Shown here: piece by piece, positions 12,681 through 24,862 of the stretch
Position numbering within the stretch: the first letter of the stretch is position 1
How the letters are laid out: every line of letters starts with the position of its first letter
Assembly: GCF_044704955.1 (NCBI RefSeq)
Contig: NC_091992.1
Coordinates: 105,338,001 to 105,402,000 of the forward strand
Direction: 5' to 3'
DNA: 64,000 nt
Source: Pristiophorus japonicus
Taxonomy: Eukaryota
The notes under the pieces: generated by a model
Told to the model about the DNA's origin: nothing
The model's input: only the letters and a program-made list of their open reading frames with translations
Databases searched by the model: none
Made by a program: the position numbers and the translations under genes

Positions 12681-13036
12681 GCCACATCCTTACAGCAGTT
12701 GAAATAGCTGCTAAAGAGGGTTAAATCAAAACAACCCCGTTCAAAGAATCCAAATGGAATCTCTGCTCAGCTTTTGTTCATAATGTAGCAAAATGCTCCT
12801 GCCAAGCTACAGGTTTAAACAGTGGACATGAGACTAATTTAAGAACACAATATAATGGTCGGATTAGAAAACTTCTCATGCATTATGGAATTTGGGGCAT
12901 TATTAGCTCATCTTGAAAATAGGTAAAATTCAGTTAACAAGTCAAATGTAATCAGTAGTAGAAGTCAGGTAGATAATAAAAACCTTCACTAAAAAAAATT
13001 CTCCTCAGGTCAACATATCTGAAAGAAAATGCTCAC

Positions 13037-13116
13037 CTGCAGCTGCTATTCCAATGATGACTGAAGCCAAGTAAAAGGACCAAGTCAATGGCTCAATGAA
13101 AACTGCAACATAAGCA
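13037..13116 (-). CDS. MFSD11: MFSD11 coding exon 4
   Basis: tttttcAG acceptor, AYVAVFIEPLTWSFYLASVIIGIAAA, GTGAG donor; 80 nt. Confidence 0.94.
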
Positions 13117-13310
13117 CTGAAAAAAAGATAATTTCAGAACAAATATAAATGTCCCCCAACTTAACTCAGCTAATCACAATCCCGCCATTATAGAGGGTTT
13201 CTATGAAAAACACATGAAAGGACTCCATGGAGCAATGAAACAGGAAACTATCCTTTCATCTTGACTGCCCAAAATTTAACCTGTTCACTCATTGAGTACT
13301 CATGAACTTG

Positions 13311-13343
13311 AGTGTGTGTGTGTGTGTGTGTGTATACACACAC
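13311..13343 (+). repeat. (GT)n microsatellite
   Basis: Visible (GT)11 followed by (AC)4. Confidence 0.9.
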
Positions 13344-13674
13344 CCAAGTTCCTCCACTTGACTGGCTGTGACAAACTCGAGGCAACAAATCCAGAGTGGA
13401 GAAAAAAACAAATAGAAATATAGGAAGATTAGACAGGGCAAGTGCCTTCGCCGATCATGTTCATGAGCAACATTAATGGTGGAGAGCTCCTATCTAAAAG
13501 AGGAAGCATTGTAGTACGAAACCTTAATTTATAATTGCTACATTGTAACAAGATAAAAATATTTAAACCCATTGCTATACTGGATGTTAGGTACAAATGG
13601 TGCACAGGAAAATAATTTACGGAAATGCAGGGGGGGAAAAATATACAAGAAAATGAAACCATTATTTATCTTAC

Positions 13675-13782
13675 CTGTAAACTAATCCAGAAATGAACAT
13701 GGAAAGTCGAGCTCCCAAAAGAGCAATAATTGATGGAGTCAACAGATTTGAGGCAGAAAATACAGTATAAATTATGGCCAAG
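13675..13782 (-). CDS. MFSD11: MFSD11 coding exon 3
   Basis: ttctAG acceptor, LAIIYTVFSASNLLTPSIIALLGARLSMFISGLVY(S), GTAAG donor; 108 nt. Confidence 0.94.
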
Positions 13783-14092
13783 CTAGAAGAATATAATTGG
13801 TGTTAGCACAATGATATACTGGAAATGACTATATCCTAGTCTACAACAATTGAAGTAATATGAATAAAAGAATTACATTTAAAACAAGCACAGATATAAT
13901 TTATCAAGTTTTTCTGACCTTTCTCTCAATAGATAAAATGGTTATGTAAAAGTACAGGTGAACAACATATACTTCATTACAAAAGACATGTAGTTCTACT
14001 AAAACATTTGCAAGAGTTGGCTTAATATTTCAGCACAATATGAAAATCTCCATGCAATAGCATTTCACAGAGGAAAATAAACAAAGAAACAC

Positions 14093-14148
14093 CTGGTATA
14101 TCCACTTCCTTGAAACCGGGTACTGTTGATGCTCTTGATGACCGTTTG
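14093..14148 (-). CDS. MFSD11: MFSD11 coding exon 2
   Basis: ttttaacAG acceptor, QTVIKSINSTRFQGSGYT(S), GT donor; 56 nt; phase fits the neighbouring exons. Confidence 0.93.
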
Positions 14149-15124
14149 CTGTTAAAACAAAAATCAATGTTACTTTAATAGAAAGAACAAGACTTTCTAC
14201 AGAATCAGCCGTTAGCATCTGCTCATCTTTTACAAGTTACAGTGGAGACTCAAAGCAACCATGCTAGGAATGAACAGGACGAAATGGAGGCTTTGAGGTT
14301 AAGTTTCTGAACAAGAACGGTGGCCAGCACGCCAAATGTGACCATGTGCAAGCATTTTGGTGATGCAATGATACCTGGCACTGGCTGGTTATATCAGTCT
14401 ACACATTATCATTTGTACTTTTAAAAAAACAAATCTGTGGGAGGGTGTTATTTATTTGAACTGGTTATTACCCAGACTCATTTGACTGGTTGCTGCAATT
14501 AGTCTCAACATAAATTGCGAAGAATTACTTCCATGGACATGCATTAATCCCCTCAATTCTGCAGCATAATCTGATATACAGCAATGCACATTTGAATTCA
14601 GTCTCTACAGAGAGTTTTGAATCAAATTAAATCTTATGTCTTTAATCCATTCAATAAATTCAAAAGTGATAAATTTAACACTTTTACTAATCTAGGTGAA
14701 AGACACCAGTACTCAACTACCAAATACTTCATTTTTGGTGCACAATGCGAGCATGAAGCACTTCCAAGTCAGGTACACAGAAGGACAAATGCAGAGCAAA
14801 GCTCCAGCCATACCAGTTTTTCCTGTTTCTCAGATAAGGATTAGGCTACGGACTGGCACTAGAACCTGAATTAAGACCATTAAGTTTATTTCATACAGGA
14901 ACCTCACAACATTTATACATGCATGTGAGAATCCTCAGAAATCTCCATGTCAGATTCCCACGAGCTAACATGGACGAAATGAAATAAGTATTATTAGCTG
15001 TAGGTTTAAATTTGTCTTATGCAACTGTTAGTCAATGCATGCTGATTCTTGAATAATCATGCTTTTAAACTAAACCACTGTTACATGCTTTGGATAGACC
15101 CGGTTAGATTTTAAAATGGAAGAG

Positions 15125-15400
15125 AGTTTTTGCCTTGTTGATTGAGGGAGAAATACTGGCCAGGACACCGGGGATAACTCCCCTGCACTTCATGGGATCT
15201 TTAACGTCCACCTGAGAGAGCAGATGAGGCCTTGGTTTATCGTCTCATCCGAAAGACGGCACCTCCAACAGTGCAGTACTCCCTCAGCATTGCACTGGAG
15301 TGTCAGCCTAGATTTACGTGCTCAAGTTCCTGGAGTGGGACTTGAACCCACAACCTTCTGACCCAGAGACGAGTGTGCTATGCACTGAGCAACAGCTGAG
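15125..15400 (-). mobile_element. tRNA-derived DeuSINE (SacSINE1-like), 5' part
   Basis: Reverse complement of a tRNA-like head (GCTCAGT..GGTTCAAGTCCC) plus the GATGAGACG..CTCTCAGGTGGACGTTAAAGATCCCATG Deu-type core. Confidence 0.75.
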
Positions 15401-15929
15401 TGAAAGTAAGAGTATAAGAAGGGGGTCTTAACAGCCACAAAGGGTGGAAGATTTCAGGAGATGATGATTTCAGGGCAAATCAAGGAGACACCTGGGAGAT
15501 GATGAGAGACAAGAGACACTGGGTACAGCTTACTCACGATTGCAGCTTCTACCTAGAGTATAAGTGGTAATACGAGTCTCAATTATATTCTGTAAACTGC
15601 TGCTCGATTACGGTTATGTATTAAGTATTGCTTGTGCTGAATAAAGTTAAATTACTGTCCCCAATACGGTTAAAGCTCAAATCATTTGGAACCAGGGACC
15701 CTCTGGGATCTTATGCACATATACATATATATATATATATACACATGTCACTTCTAATACTTGCATGATGCCAACAGCTTTGTGAGAATGAATACAACTG
15801 TATGATCCAGCCCTTGTTTATAGTGAATTTCATTTCTCAACACACACTACATGCTGTTTGACCTTCACTTTCCAATCACAGAAACAAAATTTATCACATG
15901 CCTTAAATTTGAGAAATATGACATACGGG

Positions 15930-17110
15930 TACAACAACTTGCCTTGAACATAGGAAAAAGTTGCAAGGCGCTTCACAGGAGCATAATTAGACAAAAATTA
16001 TGATATATTAAATGGATGGTTAAAATCTTGGTTAAAGAGGTAGGTTTTAATGAGCACCCTTAAAGGCGGACAGAGAAGTGGAGAGGTTTCGGGAGGGAAT
16101 TCCAGAGCTTGGTCTATAAGGCTAAAGGCACAGCCACTGGTGGGGTTGCACAAGAGGCTAGAGTCGCAGGAATTCAAGAGTTCTTGAAGGGTTGTAGGAT
16201 ATGGAGAGGTGAGGTCATGGTGGGATAGGAGGGGGCAAGGTTATGAAGGAATGTGAACACGAGGCTGAGGATTTTAAAATCAAGGCGATGGTGGACTGGG
16301 AGCCAATGTCAGCCAGTGAGGACATGGTAATGGGTGAGTGGGACTTGGTGCGGGTTAAGATACGGCCAGAAGAGTTTTGGATGAGCTTAATTTACGGAGG
16401 GTGAAAGCTATCGTTGAATAATGTCACCGAAGGGCAGCATGTAGATGAGGAATAGAAGGATAGACTCGAGAGGTATCGGTGCAAGAATGCGAAGATAAGC
16501 CATTGTAGAAGATTCTCTGGCTACGACTGGATAGGCAAGAGTAGAATTAGTCAAGGCAATCTCACACAGCTGGACAATGGAGAGGAGGCACTGAAGGATC
16601 ATGGGTGGGTTTATTTGAAGAGGGGGATGCTGACAGCAGGAGCACTGTACCGGATGAGAGGGACATCAGCTAGCATGGGGACCAGGAAGGGAAGTTGGGT
16701 GTTCAGTAATTTAGTGGGCATCGAGTCAAGAGAACAGAAGATGGGTCTCAAGGAGAAGCAGCTTGGGGAGGACATGGAGAGATGAGAGAAAATAGGGAAA
16801 GATGCAAATTTATGGCAAGGGCAGGGGGGAACCTTGGTTTGGTAGGAAAGGGAAGGGCTATAGCAGAGTCAGCTGAACAGATGGTCTCAATCTTATTGGC
16901 AAAAAAGTCCATGAACTCTTCACAGTTGTTGTTGGAAGTGAGGATGAAGGTGGCAAGAAAAGGGTTAAAAGGAGACAGTTGGTAGTGGAGAAAAGAGGCA
17001 GAGTGTTTTCTTTGCATTCCAAGAGTAGTGAGCAGTTTTGGCAGAGGAGAGCAGGGCCCAATTATGCTTGATGTGGGCCAGCCACATCTGACAATGAATG
17101 GCTAAACCAG
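15930..17110 (-). mobile_element. L2 LINE fragments
   Basis: Reverse strand SNNNCEEFMDFFANKIETI and LDAH..LLNTQLPFL, homologous to 19360-21420. Confidence 0.75.
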
Positions 17111-17432
17111 TTGTGTGCCATATACTTTCAAGTCTGCACCTGTAAGATTCTTGGACTTGACAACAACTCTTGGCTGCAAATAATCTTTATTAAGTATGAC
17201 CGAGTCTGGAACACACAATATCTTAAGCAAGTCATACAGAGAAATAAACAATATTATTCGCTTTTGCTCTAGGTAGAGAATGTCACCTTCACTAATTCTT
17301 TCATTCTTGTCTCTCTCCAAGAATTGTTTTTCAGTTTCCCAGCTGATCAGTTGTTTGTGATATGGGTTACCCCATTATCTGGGAGACCATTAACCACTTA
17401 TTCAGTATTCCTTGCTAACTAAAAGAACTGAA

Positions 17433-17529
17433 CTAAAAACAGAAAATGCTCTAAATGCTCAGCAGGTCAGGAAGCATCTGTGGAGAGAGGAACAGAGTTG
17501 TTTCAGGGCGATGACCCTTTGTCAGAACA
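17433..17529 (-). mobile_element. Penelope-like terminal repeat remnant with a degenerate hammerhead
   Basis: Homologous to 46650-46795; core degraded to CTGACAA..GAAAC and lacking the GTT. Confidence 0.55.
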
Positions 17530-18618
17530 AAGAGGGACAGTGGCAGCATGGATACAAAATTGGCTAAGTGACAGGAATCAGAGAGTAGTGGTGAATGGTA
17601 GTTTTTCAGACTGGAAGGCGGTGGTGTTCCCCAGGGTTTGGTACGAGGACCACTGCTTTTCTTAATATATATTAATGACTTGGATATGGGTGTACAAGGC
17701 ACAATTTCAAAATTTGCAGCTGACACAAAATTTGGAAGTATAGTGAACAGTAAGGAGAATAATGAGTCTTCAGGAGGACAGACACAGGCTGGTGGAATGG
17801 ATGGACACGTGGCAGATGAAATTGAATGCAGAAAAGTATGAAGTGATACATTTTGGTAGAAAGAATGAGGAGAGGAAATATAAACTAAATGGTACAATCC
17901 TAAAGGAGGGTGCATGAACAGAGAGACCTGGGGGTATATGTGCACAAATCTTTGAAGGTGGCAGGGCAGGTTGAGAAGGCGGTTAAAAAAGCTTATGGGA
18001 TCCTGGGCTTCATGAAGAGAGGTATAGAGTACAAAAGTGTGAAAATGATGATGAACCTGTATAAAACACTGGTTCGGCCTCAACTGGAGTAGTGTGTCCA
18101 ATTCTGAGCACCGCACTTTAGGAAGGATGTGAAGGCCTTGGAGAGGATGCAGAAAAGATTTACGAGAATGATTCCGGGACTGAGGGACTTCAATTACATG
18201 GATAGACTGGAGAAGCTGGCGTTGTTCTCCTTTGAGCAGAGTAGATTTGATAGAGGTGTTCAAAATCATGAGGGGTCTAGACGGAGTAGATAGAAACTGT
18301 TCCCATTTGTGGAAGCGTCAAGAACCAGGAGGACACAGATTTAAGGTGATTGGCAAAAGAACCAAAGGTGACACGAGGGAAAAACTATTTTACACAGTGA
18401 GTGTTTAGGATCTGGAATGCTCTGCCTGAAAGGGTGGTGGAGGCAGTCTCAATCACAGCTTTCAAAAGGGAGTTGGATAAATACCCGAAAGAAAAACATT
18501 TGCTGGGCTACAGGAAAAGAGCGGTGGCAGTGGGACTAGCTGAGGTACTCGTGCAGAGAGCCAACACAGGCTCAACGGGCCAAATGGCCTTCATCCGTGC
18601 TGTAACCATTCTATGATT
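17530..18618 (+). mobile_element. CR1 LINE 3' ~1.1 kb
   Basis: WIQNWLSDRNQRVVVNG..YINDLD..ISKFAADTK..LYKTLVRPQLE; ends CATTCTATGATT. Confidence 0.9.
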
Positions 18619-19359
18619 AGAGATAGTAAAGGTTTTGCTGGGAACAAATGCATTGAAGGCCGAGGTAAGGGATGATCGAGCAGATCGGCTGCTGCAAAAG
18701 TATTGTGGTGATCAGAGTGCCAAAGGCTGGACAGTAGAGTGTTCCAAAGTACCATTCTAAGTGACTCAGTGTTTTTTTTCTCCAGAGGCGGCACAGAGGG
18801 ATGCGAGTTTGTATGGGGGGGGGGGGGGGGGGGGGGGAAATGCGAATGGCAAGGGATAAACACACACACGCTTTCTCTTCAACTCTCTTAAGTGGAACCG
18901 TTACTGGTTAGCCTGTTAAAATTTATTTCTGAAACTATACTTGAAACATTCATTGTACATGGACAGTCATGGGGACTCTACAATTAGGCCCAACACTTCT
19001 GCGATAAGAGGTGGAAATCAGCTTGTGGTTTCTTTTGTCATCACTATCTAGTCACCCCTGCTGGAGCCTGCACTTTGTGGATGTTTTAGGTGCCAATATA
19101 ATTGGACTCAGCTGTGAGAAAATACGCTCAGCCAAAAACTGGAACTTGGATGAGGTCCGGCTCCCCATCGGATAAACTCAGCCATTAGGGAAGCTTCATT
19201 TTAAAAAAATAATGCTCACATTATAATTTTACATTTACTCTTCCCAATCTGAACATACAACAGATCGTTTAATACAAGAAAATATTGATCTTCAGCTTTG
19301 GAAAATAACTCGACCTTCACTTCAACTATCTCATCACCTTATCTATCTTATCTGATCGC

Positions 19360-21435
19360 CCCTCTTGACCTCTCTGAGCGCATCTTGTCCAGGACAGCTA
19401 CTTCCTTCTCCCTTGATCCTATTCCCACCAAACTGCTGACCACCCAACTTCCTTTTCTGGCTCCTGTGTTAGCTGACATTGTTAACACTTCTATCTCCTC
19501 AGGTACTGTCCCCTCTCCCGCAAATCTGCTGTCATCACACCTCAAAAAACCAAGCCACGACTCCTCCATCCTTGCAAACTACCGCCCAGCTCCAACCTCC
19601 CATTCCTCTCCAAAGACCTTGAACGGGTTGTCGCCTCCCAAATCCGTGCCCATTTTTCCCGCAATTCCACGTTTGAATCAATCCAATCTGGTTTACACGC
19701 CTGCCACTAGTACCGAAACAGTTCTCATCATTTAACAAATTACATCCTTTATGACTGCGACAAAGGCAAACTATCCCTCCTCATCGTTCTCTACTTGTCT
19801 GCAGCCTTTGACATCATTGACCACTCTATCCTTCTCAAACACCTCTCCACCGTCGTCCAGCTGGGTGGGACTGCACTCGCCTGGTTTCATTCTTATCTAT
19901 CGAATTGTCGCCATAGAATCACCTGCAATGGCTTCTCTTCCCTCATCATTACCTCTGGCATCCCCAAAGATCTATCCTTGGCTCCCGCCTATTTCTCATC
20001 TACATGTTGCCCCTTGGCGATATCATCCGAAAACACAGCATCAGTTTCCACATGCACCCTATTGACACCAAGCTCTACCTCTCTACCACTTCTCTTGACT
20101 CCTCCATGATCTTGAAATTGTCAGACTGTTTGTCCGACATCCAGTTCTGGATGAGCAGAAATGTTCTCCAATTGAATAATGAGAAGAGTGAAGCCATTGT
20201 TTTCAGACCCCACCACAAACTTCATTGCCCCCCCCAATTTCTGAGGCTGAATCTGACAGTTCGCAACCTTGGTGTCATATTTGACACTGAAATTAGCTTT
20301 TGACAACATATCTGCAGCATAACTAAGACCGCCTATTTGCATCTCTGCAACATCAACCGTCTGCATCTTTGCCTCAGCTCATCCGCTGCTGAAGCCCTCA
20401 TCCATGCCTTTGTTACCTCTAGACTGGACTATTCCAACACACTCCTGGATGGCCTCCCACATTCTACCCTACGTAAACTAGAGGTGATCCAAAACTCAGC
20501 TGCTCGTGTCCTAACTCGCACCAAGTCCCGCTCACCCATCACCCGTGTCAGCTGTGGCTCAGTGGGTAGCACACTTGCCTCAGTCAGAAAGTTGTGTTCT
20601 CAAGTCCCACTCCAGAGCACGTAAATCTTGCTTGAGAGAGGTGCAGTCTTCCAGATGAGACGTTCAACTGAGGCCCCTTCTGCTCTCTCAAGTGGACGTA
20701 AAAGATTCCACAGCACTATTTCGAAGAGGAGCAGGGCAGTTTTCCCCAGTGTTCTGGCCAATATTTATCCCTCAATCAACGTAACAAAAAACCCCAGATT
20801 ATTTGGTCATCATCACATTGCTGTTTGTGGGAGCTCGCTGTGCACATATTGGCTACCGCGTTTCCCACTTTACAACAGTGAATACACTTCAATAAGTACT
20901 TAATTAGCTGTAAAGCACTTTGAGACGTCCGGTGGTCATGAAAAGCGCCATATAAATGCAACTCTTTCTTCCTGTGCTCGCTGACCTGCATTGGCCCTTG
21001 GTTAAGCAATGCCTCGATTTCAAAATTCTTATCCTTGTTTTCAAATCCCTCCATGGCCTCGCCCCTCCCTATCTCTAATCTCCTCCAGCCCCACAACCCC
21101 CGCCCCCCCCCCCCCCCCCCCCAAAATGCCTGCACTCCTCTACTTCTGCCCTGTTGAACATCCCTGATTATAAATCGCTCAACCGTTGGTGGCTGTGCAT
21201 TCTGTTGCCAGGACCCCAAGCTCTGAAATTCACTGTCTAAACCTCTCTTTTTTTCTTCTTCATGATGCTACTTAAAACCTACCTCTTTGACCAAGCTTTG
21301 GTCACTTACCCTGTTTTCTGCTTATGTGGCTCGGTGCCAATTTTCTTTGCATCTCATACTCCTGTAAAACGCCTTGGAGCGTTTAACCACGTTAAAGGCA
21401 CTATTTAAATACAAGCTGCTGTTGTTGTTGTTGTT
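19360..21435 (+). mobile_element. L2 LINE RT and 3' end, interrupted by a SINE
   Basis: LDPIPTKLL..LSAAFDIIDHSILL..LAWFHSYLSN..LIHAFVTSRLDYSN; ends AAATACAAG(CTG/TTG)n. Confidence 0.88.
20548..20970 (+). mobile_element. DeuSINE (SacSINE1-like) inserted in L2
   Basis: tRNA-like head TGTGGCTCAGTGGGTAGC, Deu core, L2-like tail ATAAATGCAA; the host L2 sequence CC(C/T)GTG recurs on both sides. Confidence 0.8.
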
Positions 21436-21656
21436 ATCAGTCCCAAACCTACAGTCTCAAATATACTTCGTATATACTGCCTACTAACTCACATTAGATA
21501 GTAGAGATTTTCAGAACAGATACTAAGTTTGTATTAAAAGTATCCTATAGTAGCACAAAACGATTTGAAAAACTTTTAAGAGTCTATTAATTCCTCTCAC
21601 CATCAAATAAAATGCTATAAGTACCCTGGATTCAGGTCCAGGTTCCAAGCACTCAC

Positions 21657-21752
21657 CTCAATATTGCCGCAAGTTTGAAATGCGGTGAAAACGAACATAA
21701 AACTGCATCCCAAAATTATGACATTCATGAGTTTTATTCCTTCTGGTGTCAT
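21657..21752 (-). CDS. MFSD11: MFSD11 (UNC93-like MFS transporter) coding exon 1
   Basis: Reverse strand reads MTPEGIKLMNVIILGCSFMFVFTAFQTCGNIE followed by a GTGAGT donor; 96 nt; resembles the human N-terminus MSPESKKLFNIIILGVAFMFMFTAFQTCGNVA. Confidence 0.95.
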
Positions 21753-21879
21753 TGTTAGCGTCTGGATATTTGCTGGTTAAGCTGCCTTTCTGTATAATAA
21801 AGTATCGTAAATGCCGCTTTGTAAAGAGTCAAACTTTAAAGAGATTTTCTTCCCAATTGTAGACCACTAAATCGGCAGC

Positions 21880-22478
21880 AGGACATACTTCCGCCTCACT
21901 GTAAAAACAAGGCAGTCAGGTGACAGGTTGCAAGCCCCTGAGCTCAACTGCCCAGCACCGGAAACGGCGCGCGCAAGCGCCACAATAGAAGCCTCCGTCA
22001 AAACGTGTAACTTTCTGGTGAAGTCGATTGAAATCGGTATTTTAAAGTCGCGGCTGATAGTTACATTTCACGACGAAGGCTGTGTGTTGCGCGGCTCGCA
22101 TTAAGAATCAAAGCAAAAGGCCGGTGGTCGGCGTCGATCCACCGGCTGGAAACTACAATACCCAGGAGGCTCTGCGTTTTCGAATGATTTATTTCCGGTG
22201 TGGAAAAAGGAAAATTATCGACAGAAATGAAAAAGGTTGATTTAAAATATAAGCCTGCAGAGAGTTAATTCTGACAGCTGATGAAAGGTTTATTTTTGGT
22301 TATTGTTTGATTAGATATTTTCCCAGTTGGGATATGCTTCCGGGTGAGGTGGCCGCCATCTTGTGATTGTGGCTGGCTCAGGCGTTAGTTTGTGGCGGGG
22401 TTTCGCGCGGATCAAACGCCAGCTCCTCTTATTTTTGAAACAATAAAAAAAACATTGCCGCTGATTATCTAAACAGCG
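21880..22478. promoter_or_regulatory. MFSD11/SRSF2 bidirectional CpG-rich promoter
   Basis: Lies between divergent ATGs (21752 -, 22479 +). Contains ACTACAATACCCAGGAGGC (ZNF143/THAP11-type, ~22152-22170), GCCGCCATCTTG (YY1, ~22352-22363) and ETS CCGGAA cores (~21958, ~22194, ~22338). Confidence 0.75.
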
Positions 22479-22831
22479 ATGAGTTACGGTCGCATGCCGC
22501 CCGATATTGAGGGGATGACTTCGCTGAAGGTGGACAACTTGACGTACCGCACGTCGCCCGAAACGCTGAAGCGCGTCTTCGAGAAGTACGGCAAAGTGGG
22601 CGACGTCTACATCCCCCGCGACCGCTTCACCCGCGAGAGCCGCGGCTTCGCCTTCGTCCGCTTCCACGACAAGCGCGACGCCGAGGATGCCATCGACGCC
22701 ATGGACGGGGCGGTGCTGGACGGCAGGGAGCTGAGGGTGCAGATGGCCCGCTACGGCCGCCCGGCCGAGTCCCACCGGAGAGGCGGCTCGTCCCGCCGGT
22801 ATGGCGGCTCTTACGGCCGGAGAAGCCGCAG
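22479..22831 (+). CDS. SRSF2: SRSF2 (SC35) coding exon 1, RRM domain
   Basis: [38 protein letters not shown]...RGFAFVRF...VQMARYGRP; RNP2 LKVDNL and RNP1 RGFAFVRF; donor CAG|GTTGGT. Confidence 0.97.
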
Positions 22832-23889
22832 GTTGGTTTTTTCCACCCCACCTCCCCTACCGCCGCCGAGGGGAGGGAGGGGGGTGGGTGCGGGTTTTTT
22901 TCCCCCGAATTTTCTGCGGCAGACTGAATGTGTATTAAAGCCGTGGACCGGCCCGGACTGTCCAATTAACTTTTTTTTGAATAAGGCCAGCGATTAGCTA
23001 TAATGGGTGACCTCTGTACGCGGGAACTTACTTTCTGAGCGAGGTCAAGCATCGAATTCAAACATTCAACAAGTCGTAGCCCTGGCAGTTTGCCTGGAAA
23101 ACGACAGTGATTTTGGTTCCACTTCAAAGCAAAAGGCTAGTAAGAGTTTTTGAGTCGTCTCAAAGTATACATTTTTCCATGTCCTTTAGAAGATACACGT
23201 TATCCTTTTAAACTTTATCTATTGTAGTCCCATCTAATCGATAGGGCGCCGAGGGAGGCTCTGTTTTCACAGGCTGCTCTAGACGGTTATTAAAAGTTGA
23301 CTATTTTGTTGCACTTCTTGTGATAAGGGTGTGCTCCCTGTGCCTGGCAGTAAAGGATTTTGTGCTATACAATTATCACTGGTACTGTGAAAGAGCAGTG
23401 CTTCGGTTGAAATTGAGTTAATTTCGTTTATGCATGGTGTAACAATTAACATTTGGGAGAAAGTTATCGCAAAAAGCAGGTGACAACATTGTTCTTTTTG
23501 TTTTGTTGGGATATTAGAGGGAGAGTTGACGTTAATTGAAAATATTTTTCCGAAATTAAGCATGCCCCATAAAAATCTATTGTACAACATTAGTTGGGAA
23601 TTTATTTTGGGTTTCTAATGGAATCCACCTTTTAAATGTATTTTCTGAAGTATGTTTTTGTTATAATCTAGTTTATTTTTCTGTTCCATGTGTCCCATTT
23701 TTTTTGAAACACGTTTTCCTCATTAGGTTTGTACATGACAATGTACTTTACTACTTCATTCTGTGTAATTCCCTGGTGGAGTGGTGGTATGGTTCCAGAC
23801 CATTCCTACTATTGTCCTACATTGATTTCTCTGGGCGCTATATCTTTCCTATTTGGGAAGGCTGATACTTGGTGGTTCTGCATTCTCCC

Positions 23890-24018
23890 TGATGGCAAGG
23901 GATATGGGGTGCGGGCAGGAAAATGGAGTTGAGGCCAAGATCAGATCAGCCATGATACTGAATGGCGGAGTAGGCTCGAGGGACCAAATAGCCTACTCCT
24001 ATTTCTTATGTTCTTATG
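23890..24018 (+). mobile_element. CR1 3' tail in SRSF2 intron 1
   Basis: AAGGGATATGGG..GATCAGATCAGCCATGAT..GGCTCGAGGG..(TTCTTATG)2. Confidence 0.8.
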
Positions 24019-24567
24019 CTTGGCATCTGAGAATTACAGGTGTAAAGTTGCATTTAATTATTAAATTGTAGTCAAATGGGATAACTCCCATAAACTGAGG
24101 CTTAAGTTTTCCAGTCTCAATTTCCTTATTTGCCTAGGAATGTTTACGGGTTTCAATATAAACTAAGTGGAAATGGAAAGCTTTGTGTTATGTTGAGTTT
24201 AATGAGCTCAGCTGGTGTCACCAGCTGCTATTTGGTTAGGGAAAGACTGATCATTGTGCAACAATGGCTATTGGAGAGTGCACACGCCTGGATTTCAGGC
24301 AATGGCAGGTTCATGCGCATCTTCAGTGTTACCCCATGGTTACATTTCCTGCCAATACTTACTAATGAGTGCATATACAAGTGAAAGGTAAGATATTGAA
24401 AGTTGACCATCACCTAGGAAGCTAGATTTCAGCATAAGTAAATACCTTTGTGAGGGTGGGAAAGTGGCAAACAATAGCTTTGTGACTAATACTCATCAGC
24501 GGTATATCATATTTTTAAACCTTTTTTTCACTTGACTAGTTTACTAAAGATATCCTTTTCCCCCTAG

Positions 24568-24862
24568 TCCTAGAAGACGACGTCGATCTCATACGAGATC
24601 CAGAAGTCGAAGCCGAACTCGGTCAAGATCTCGCTACAGCAGATCCAGGTCTCGCTCGTTTTCTCCATCAAGATCCCGTTCAAAATCTAGATCTATTGAA
24701 AGATCAAGGTCCAAGTCGAAGTCTAAATCGAAGTCAAGATCTCAGTCCAGATCAAGGTCTAGAAGTGGATCTCGGATGTCTCAAGGGTCAAAGTCGAAAT
24801 CCAGGTCGAAGACCCCAATTAATTCAAAATCTCCACAGATTGATGGAATTGAATCACCATAA
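24568..24862 (+). CDS. SRSF2: SRSF2 coding exon 2, RS domain and stop
   Basis: Acceptor ccttttccccctAG; (S)[30 protein letters not shown]...[11 protein letters not shown]; joined CDS is 648 nt (215 aa). Confidence 0.95.

Noticed and set aside
20548-20625. tRNA gene
   Set aside because: The A/B-box-like sequence is a SINE head that continues into the Deu core; no complete cloverleaf.
22311-22965. Antisense ORFs (154 and 112 aa) over SRSF2 exon 1
   Set aside because: Shadow ORFs caused by GC-rich codon usage; no recognisable protein.
22832-22997. C-terminal part of the 172-aa ORF as SRSF2 coding sequence
   Set aside because: This is read-through into intron 1; the RS domain resumes at 24568 after a canonical splice.
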